Positions 27,052-32,000 of a stretch of 32,000 nucleotides of DNA are shown here, piece after piece. The stretch's first letter is position 1. Each line of letters opens with the position of its first letter. The stretch spans positions 29,171 through 61,170 of the forward strand of contig DAOVER010000017.1 of the NCBI GenBank assembly GCA_030668875.1, given 5' to 3'. Origin of the DNA: Candidatus Heimdallarchaeota archaeon (lineage in GTDB: Archaea > Asgardarchaeota > Heimdallarchaeia > Heimdallarchaeales > Heimdallarchaeaceae). The notes below the pieces were generated by a model. It was not told the DNA's origin. It ran no database searches and saw nothing but the letters and a program-made list of their open reading frames with translations. The translations under genes were made by a program, and so were the position numbers.

Positions 27052-28569
27052 TCAATTTTCTAGACTTTTTCGCGTTTTTTCTTCTGAGTAGTTATTTTGT
27101 TTGAGTAAAGACCAGAAATCTTTCAATATTACTCTGATTATTTCCTTTGTTTCATAATAAATTTGAATTGTTGTGAAACTCGCTCTTTTAAAAATAACTT
27201 TTCCCAAAAAATCAATTGTTTCCTGTTTGACATATCCTTCATGTGCTTTTTCATTTCTAATTTCCTTGAGGGCTTCTATCGCTCTCCAGTAATGTTCAGG
27301 ATAAGTATTCATTCTGAGGAACTTTTTTACTCTTCTATTGAAAGCTCTAGACTTCTCTCTTGGTATTGTAAAATCACTAGCAAAGAGGATTTCAAGAGCT
27401 TTGAAATAGTTAAAGAAAATAGAATCAAAAGGATGGTTTTGAGTATCGTAAAGGAGGAAAATAACATCATTGAGGTCTTCTGTATCGAAAACGTGACCAT
27501 AGAAATCTTTCCAGAACTCTATAAAATCAAAAAATTCCTCTTCGCTCATGATATAAGGGATGTGTAGTTTATTGAAATCTTTCTTTTCGAGAGAAAATAG
27601 AGCTCGTTTAGGTGTCTTATCGTTAAACGTCCCCCCACGTAATATTCCAAATATTCTCACATCTCCTTGTTTATAGAGCTTTAGACCCATCTCAATACAC
27701 ACATCTATCTGTCGAGTAAGATCAACAAATTCATGAAGACATTCATTTGGTATACTCCTTAATTCATCAAGTTTATCTTTGGAAAAAGTGAATCCACTAC
27801 CATCTTGCATGGGAATAAGTTGTTTTCCTTCTCGAAAATCAATAATCCCCGCTGTTTTTTCTAATTCACATTCCTCCATTTCCTCAAAAGAATAGTTATA
27901 ATGAAATTCAATAACGTGAGAAGAAAGCAGACCTATTTTAGAATTAAATCCAACCATTTTAGCTGTGAAAGACGAATCAGTTATGGGTTGTTCTCCTATG
28001 TGTTGGATTAAATAGTAATAATATTCCTCTTGATCAAGATTAACAATTCTACAAGTAATGTTATCCTTGCTAAGTTCTTTACCTAGTAAATAGAAATTAC
28101 AGAGAGGTACTCTAATGAAACTTGTTAATTTGTCAATTGTTAAAAGATAGGCATGTGTGTTCCATACCTTATCAAAAGCATTATCCCTGAAAATGAAATC
28201 TTGATTTTGCTCAAAATATGTGTGAATAAAAATAATTGTAAAATGGGATTGATGAACAGTTTCTTGTAAATTAAGATATAATTGCATAAATTCTGTTTCC
28301 TTAAAGACATATTCGTAGAGCCATGTGAATAGATCCATTTCCATATTTTGAATCGATTCTTCAATAGAAAAATTAGGGGGAGATTCTAACCATTCCTCGA
28401 TGTTTTTCTCGTTTTTATTAATTCCATTAATCTCTTCTACAATTGAGCCTTTAATTGAATAAGCTGGTTTTTTTAAAGGAGGGTTAGAATTCTTATAAGA
28501 TTGTAATTTCTCACAAAACTCTGAGAAAAGATGTTTGAACTTCTCTTTCATCTCATTTTTTGATATCAT
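27052..28569 (-). CDS. HEPN domain protein, ApeA-like
   Basis: C-terminal FFNYFKALEILF...LKEIRNEKAHEG (Rx4H followed by G), and a long N-terminal domain with PLCNF. Confidence 0.75.
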   Translation of the reverse strand: MISKNEMKEKFKHLFSEFCEKLQSYKNSNPPLKKPAYSIKGSIVEEINGINKNEKNIEEWLESPPNFSIEESIQNMEMDLFTWLYEYVFKETEFMQLYLNLQETVHQSHFTIIFIHTYFEQNQDFIFRDNAFDKVWNTHAYLLTIDKLTSFIRVPLCNFYLLGKELSKDNITCRIVNLDQEEYYYYLIQHIGEQPITDSSFTAKMVGFNSKIGLLSSHVIEFHYNYSFEEMEECELEKTAGIIDFREGKQLIPMQDGSGFTFSKDKLDELRSIPNECLHEFVDLTRQIDVCIEMGLKLYKQGDVRIFGILRGGTFNDKTPKRALFSLEKKDFNKLHIPYIMSEEEFFDFIEFWKDFYGHVFDTEDLNDVIFLLYDTQNHPFDSIFFNYFKALEILFASDFTIPREKSRAFNRRVKKFLRMNTYPEHYWRAIEALKEIRNEKAHEGYVKQETIDFLGKVIFKRASFTTIQIYYETKEIIRVILKDFWSLLKQNNYSEEKTRKSLEN

Positions 28570-28594
28570 CTATGTTAACCTTCTAATCTTGCCC

Positions 28595-30397
28595 TTATTC
28601 CGAATTATCATTTGTTAAGGAATTTTGTTTATTTTTAATATGGTATAAAACCCAAAGAAGAGTTGAAATGACTTTAATGTACTTTTCTTCAATTCTATCC
28701 ATCAACAAATAAAGCGTTTTTGAAGGAGATTCATTTTCTAAGCCAATTTCTTTTAATACTTTCTGAGTGTCTTCTCTTTTATGACCACATACTTTATGAC
28801 GAAAATCGTTTAAATCAAAGAAAAATTTGAAATCTTTAGTAATTTGAGATAAAATAGAATCATGTTGCTCTACTAATTCATTATTAATAGTTGAATTAGA
28901 TAATATCTCTCGAGAATTGAGAATTATCTTACTAGTTTCTTCAGATGCATTTTCTATTCCTTCATCCACTTGAAATTTATATAGACTAAAATATTCAACT
29001 AGTGTGGTTAAAAGAAAGAGAGATCCCATTTCATCTTTGTTTTTGTTTTTAAAAGTTAAATCTGAGTTTATTTTTGTTAAATAATTTTTCAGATTTTTCT
29101 TTGCTATTCGGTCATTAAAAAGCATCCAAAGATTGCAGATTCTGTCTTTGATGGAGTTGAAATTCGCATCTTTTGGAATTTGCCATAATAAATCAGACCA
29201 GATATTATCATCATCTGGACTTTCCGAGAACAATACATCACTAAGGACTTCTCTTGAAACAACTTGTATATTATTATAGAGATCTCTTAATTGCTTTGTT
29301 TTTTCTTCAAATGTGCCCAAATCCGAGAGCTTTTTCTTTTCTTCTAAATTTGGTGGTTGTTCATTATAATCTTTCCATGAGGTCCATAATTCTGGTGGAA
29401 TTCCCTCCCAAAAATCTCCTAAATTGCATATGATCATCGATAATCCTAGTTTCCTGAATCTTCTAAAAGTTTCCCAATAAGAACCTCTGAAGACATAACC
29501 ATCATGAGTGACACTTATAGATTTTTTTAACCTTAATTCATCTAGAATACCCACATCAAAGTACATGTTCGCTAGAAAATAATCTTCAGGTTTTTCATCA
29601 GAATTTAGAGAATATTTAATCACTTTCTTTCAATATTCAACTAAAAATTCAATTTCATAAGGTGTTTCTAACATTGGTTTGACTATTTTAAAACCTTCGA
29701 ACCTCATTATTCGTTTTTTCTTTCCAGAAGACCTTTCATTGTAGGAATATACCTTTAATTCAATTCTTTTGTTTTCTTCATTAATTATTTCAAATACATC
29801 TTCCAAATCATCAGTTTTTTCTATATCATATGTTTCTTCATACCAGAATGATACTATCAGATTTTTCTTAAAATTCAATAAAAAATTGTTTAACAATTTC
29901 TTATCAATTTCCAGACTCGCCTTCGAGTATTTTGACTCCTCCACTTCCTCATGAGTATGTAACGATTTTATAATTGTTTTTCCTGAACTTGGTTCAACCC
30001 ATTCCTTTCTTTCTTTATCGAATCTTTCTAGTCTTAAGTCATAAAATGAAATAAAAGTATTTACTGGGATATATTCAAGAGAAATATCATGATCATCTAA
30101 ATAACCTTGTTCAATAGCTAAAGGTTCAAAGTGGACATCCTTTCCAAGAATGCTACACTCAAATTTTAAATCACCCTTTCTATCAAAATATCCTTTTCCA
30201 AAATCTCGAATATCCGTTTGAATTCCTGTGGGGATATCTTCTAAGTTTATTTCTGGTTCAATTAATGCAGACCTCACTAACCAGCTTTTTTCAGGATTCT
30301 TAATCTCTTGATCAAATTCAAATACTTTAACAAAATCCAAATCAAAATTACCCCAATTATGAATAGTTGAAGAAATTTTTTCTTTTAGATCTTCCAT
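28595..30397 (-). pseudogene. About 600-codon protein with a C-terminal HEPN-like motif, interrupted by one in-frame TGA (or two coupled genes)
   Basis: ORF 29630-30397 ends TAT TGA AAG AAA GTG and continues in frame into ORF 28595-29623. C-terminal DLNDFRHKVCGH (Rx5H). Confidence 0.55.
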
Positions 30398-30404
30398 ATC
30401 AAAA

Positions 30405-30410
30405 CCTCCT
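30405..30410 (-). promoter_or_regulatory. Shine-Dalgarno AGGAGG
   Basis: AGGAGGTTTTGATATG immediately after the M48-like stop codon, indicating operonic coupling. Confidence 0.7.
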
Positions 30411-30412
30411 TA

Positions 30413-30682
30413 TTAAATACTATCTTTGAGATATGTTATCAACATTTGTTTAAACATCTTCCCATGATTTGGATAACGTAAATGAAGGAGCTCATGAACA
30501 ATCGATTTATCCTGAAAATCCATATCTCTTGTAAGTATATCTGGATCAAATGTTAATCTCCCTCTAGTTGAACAGGAAGCCCATTTCCTTTTCATATGCC
30601 GAAAATGGATTTCCTTATAATCAACACCAATTTTTGTGCTCCACCTTTCTACTCTTTCTGTGAATTCTTCTCGGGAAGCCAT
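30413..30682 (-). CDS. Small YgjP/DUF45 (M48-like) metallohydrolase associated with type I R-M loci
   Basis: MKRKWASCSTRGRLTF, IVHELLHLRYPNHGKMF (HExxH). Starts 1 nt after the hsdR stop. Confidence 0.85.
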   Translation of the reverse strand: MASREEFTERVERWSTKIGVDYKEIHFRHMKRKWASCSTRGRLTFDPDILTRDMDFQDKSIVHELLHLRYPNHGKMFKQMLITYLKDSI

Positions 30683-30683
30683 C

Positions 30684-31685
30684 TTATTCCTCCTTTAACA
30701 CCTTCATAATTTGCTTAACTACATCCATCATCTTATCTTTATTACTAATTAATGTCTTATAAAGCGCTTTCCTCATCTCTGCTTCATGTTGTTTACTTGT
30801 TTTCCAATGTTTATAAACACCCATAACTTTGCTTACTTCAATTGCTTTATCCTCAGGATTTTCTATTCCATTCTGTTTCATAATCCAATAGATAGTAAAA
30901 GCTTCTTTGGGAATACCTTTCTCTTCTTCTTCAGTCCTAGCTTCATTCATTTCGGTAACAATTTTCTTTAGATCTTCAAGAACTTCTTGAGAACTTTTTT
31001 GACGTTTCATAAACAAGGAAATGACATTCTCTGCTCTTTCTCCAATTGGAATGAGATAGGGGGCTTGCATCAATCGTAGATGAATCTCGATAATGATGCT
31101 TTTAACAAGATTGAAGACTTTCTCAATCTCTGAAACAGTACTCTCCTCAATCTTTTGGAGAGTGTGTTCATTTATTTTGTAAGTTCTTCTTGCTGCTAGA
31201 ATATCTCCCCCTTTAGTGTGTTCTCTAACTAACTCAGCAGTTTTTCTGGAAAACTCTCGATCAACTTTAATACCAGGTTCATAAGATTCTTTGAGAATTT
31301 TATACATTCGTGTTAGTTTGTCATAATCTTTATGGAATTGAACAAGGAACTTATCAGGAGCAATAATATCAAACTCTTCTTCTATTTCTTTGTAGAATTT
31401 GTAAAACTCCTTTCTCTTCTCCTCATCAATGAAACTATCTAAAATAGCTTCAACAGCTTTATCTCTTGTCTTTCCTTTAATGATTACAAGATATTTCTCT
31501 TTAGCATATTCCATGTCTTTCTTGAATTTCTTTTTAAGCAATTCAATATCATCTAGCACTCCCTCATAATCAGCAGAATCAAAAGCTAAAGCCTTCTTCA
31601 AGTAACCGAAAACACCAACAAAATCAAGAATAAAACCACAAGGTTTCCTTCTTCCCTTATCTTCATTACCCTCTGTAAAACAGGC
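30684..31685 (-). pseudogene. hsdR: 5'-truncated type I restriction endonuclease R subunit (C-terminal region only)
   Basis: EDKGRRKPCGFILDFVGVFGYLKKALAFDS is the segment that follows helicase motif VI in HsdR. The upstream frame closes at TGA 31686-31688, so no nuclease or DEAD motifs remain. Confidence 0.8.
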
Positions 31686-31876
31686 TCAGTCACTTTTTAT
31701 ATAAAATGTATGTGTTTTCGACATCTGATAGAAGAAGGTTATACAAGTTACAAATTTATAGTGTAAGTACTAAGTGTTAAGGAAAGATTAAATATGTAAT
31801 AAACATTGTTTAAGTAGTATATACTGTTTGTAGAAAAACAAAATTGAAAAACAGTATAGACGGAGGAAATTAAACT

Positions 31877-32000
31877 ATGAAAACGAAAAAGAATAAGTTT
31901 ACATTTTTTGTTTTCTTTACAATTGTACTTTTTAGTAGTACAATGTTCATGAAAGAAGTAAGAGCTACATCAACCACTATCCAGAAACCTACTAATGGGC
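31877..32000 (+). CDS. Secreted protein, N-terminal fragment (runs off the window)
   Basis: GGAGG RBS at 31862-31866, then MKTKKNKFTFFVFFTIVLFSSTMFMKEVRATSTTIQKPTNG: basic N-region, hydrophobic core and a VRA cleavage-like site. Confidence 0.7.
   Translation, partial: MKTKKNKFTFFVFFTIVLFSSTMFMKEVRATSTTIQKPTNG

Noticed and set aside
27163-27567. 134-aa plus-strand ORF in the island
   Set aside because: Antisense shadow of the HEPN domain, with no start context or motif.
26607-29632. Genome-wide stop-codon reassignment as the explanation for the two in-frame stops
   Set aside because: TAG and TGA both terminate conserved genes in this window (for example pan and sufS end in TAG, trm56, tfs and rps27e in TGA), and the two internal stops are different codons. 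Local readthrough cannot be excluded.
31600-31668. Signal-peptide-like MKIREEGNLVVLFLILLVFSVT* on the minus strand
   Set aside because: An alternative frame of the conserved HsdR KPCGFILDFVG segment that stops after 22 codons; coincidental.
1-32000. CRISPR array, rRNA, transposase or long tandem repeats
   Set aside because: None seen by eye; only short T-rich or A-rich intergenic tracts, consistent with archaeal terminators, are present.

Overview
AT-rich archaeal chromosomal window, most likely from an Asgard archaeon (Heimdallarchaeia-like). The taxonomy is an inference from gene content such as eL38, an RPA14-like OB protein, TFE, TFS, PAN, aTrm56 and PCNA/GINS, not from a database search. 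Bases 1-25.4 kb are mostly housekeeping genes: SufS-type cysteine desulfurase, a hexosamine/sugar-phosphate cluster (TrmB, PGI/PMI, glmS, GlmU-like), the trm56/DUF2110/PAN/HD/eL38/MBF1 neighbourhood, TFS-OB-PCNA-GINS, eS27, TFE, a stand-alone A/V-ATPase A+B pair and three tRNAs (Val-UAC, intron-containing Leu-CAA, Pro-CGG). Two unusual genes sit in this core: a free-standing LAGLIDADG endonuclease fused to about three AbrB-like repeats, and a GlmU paralogue whose catalytic motifs are all degenerate. Bases 25.4-31.7 kb form a co-oriented, decaying defence-like island: a 5'-truncated type I restriction subunit (hsdR), a YgjP/M48-like gene and three stacked HEPN-like genes. Two of the HEPN-like genes are each broken by a single in-frame stop (TGA at 29630-29632, TAG at 26607-26609), which the ORF track shows as separate ORFs. 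A multi-hairpin non-coding element lies at the island's left edge. No CRISPR array, transposase or integrase was seen.
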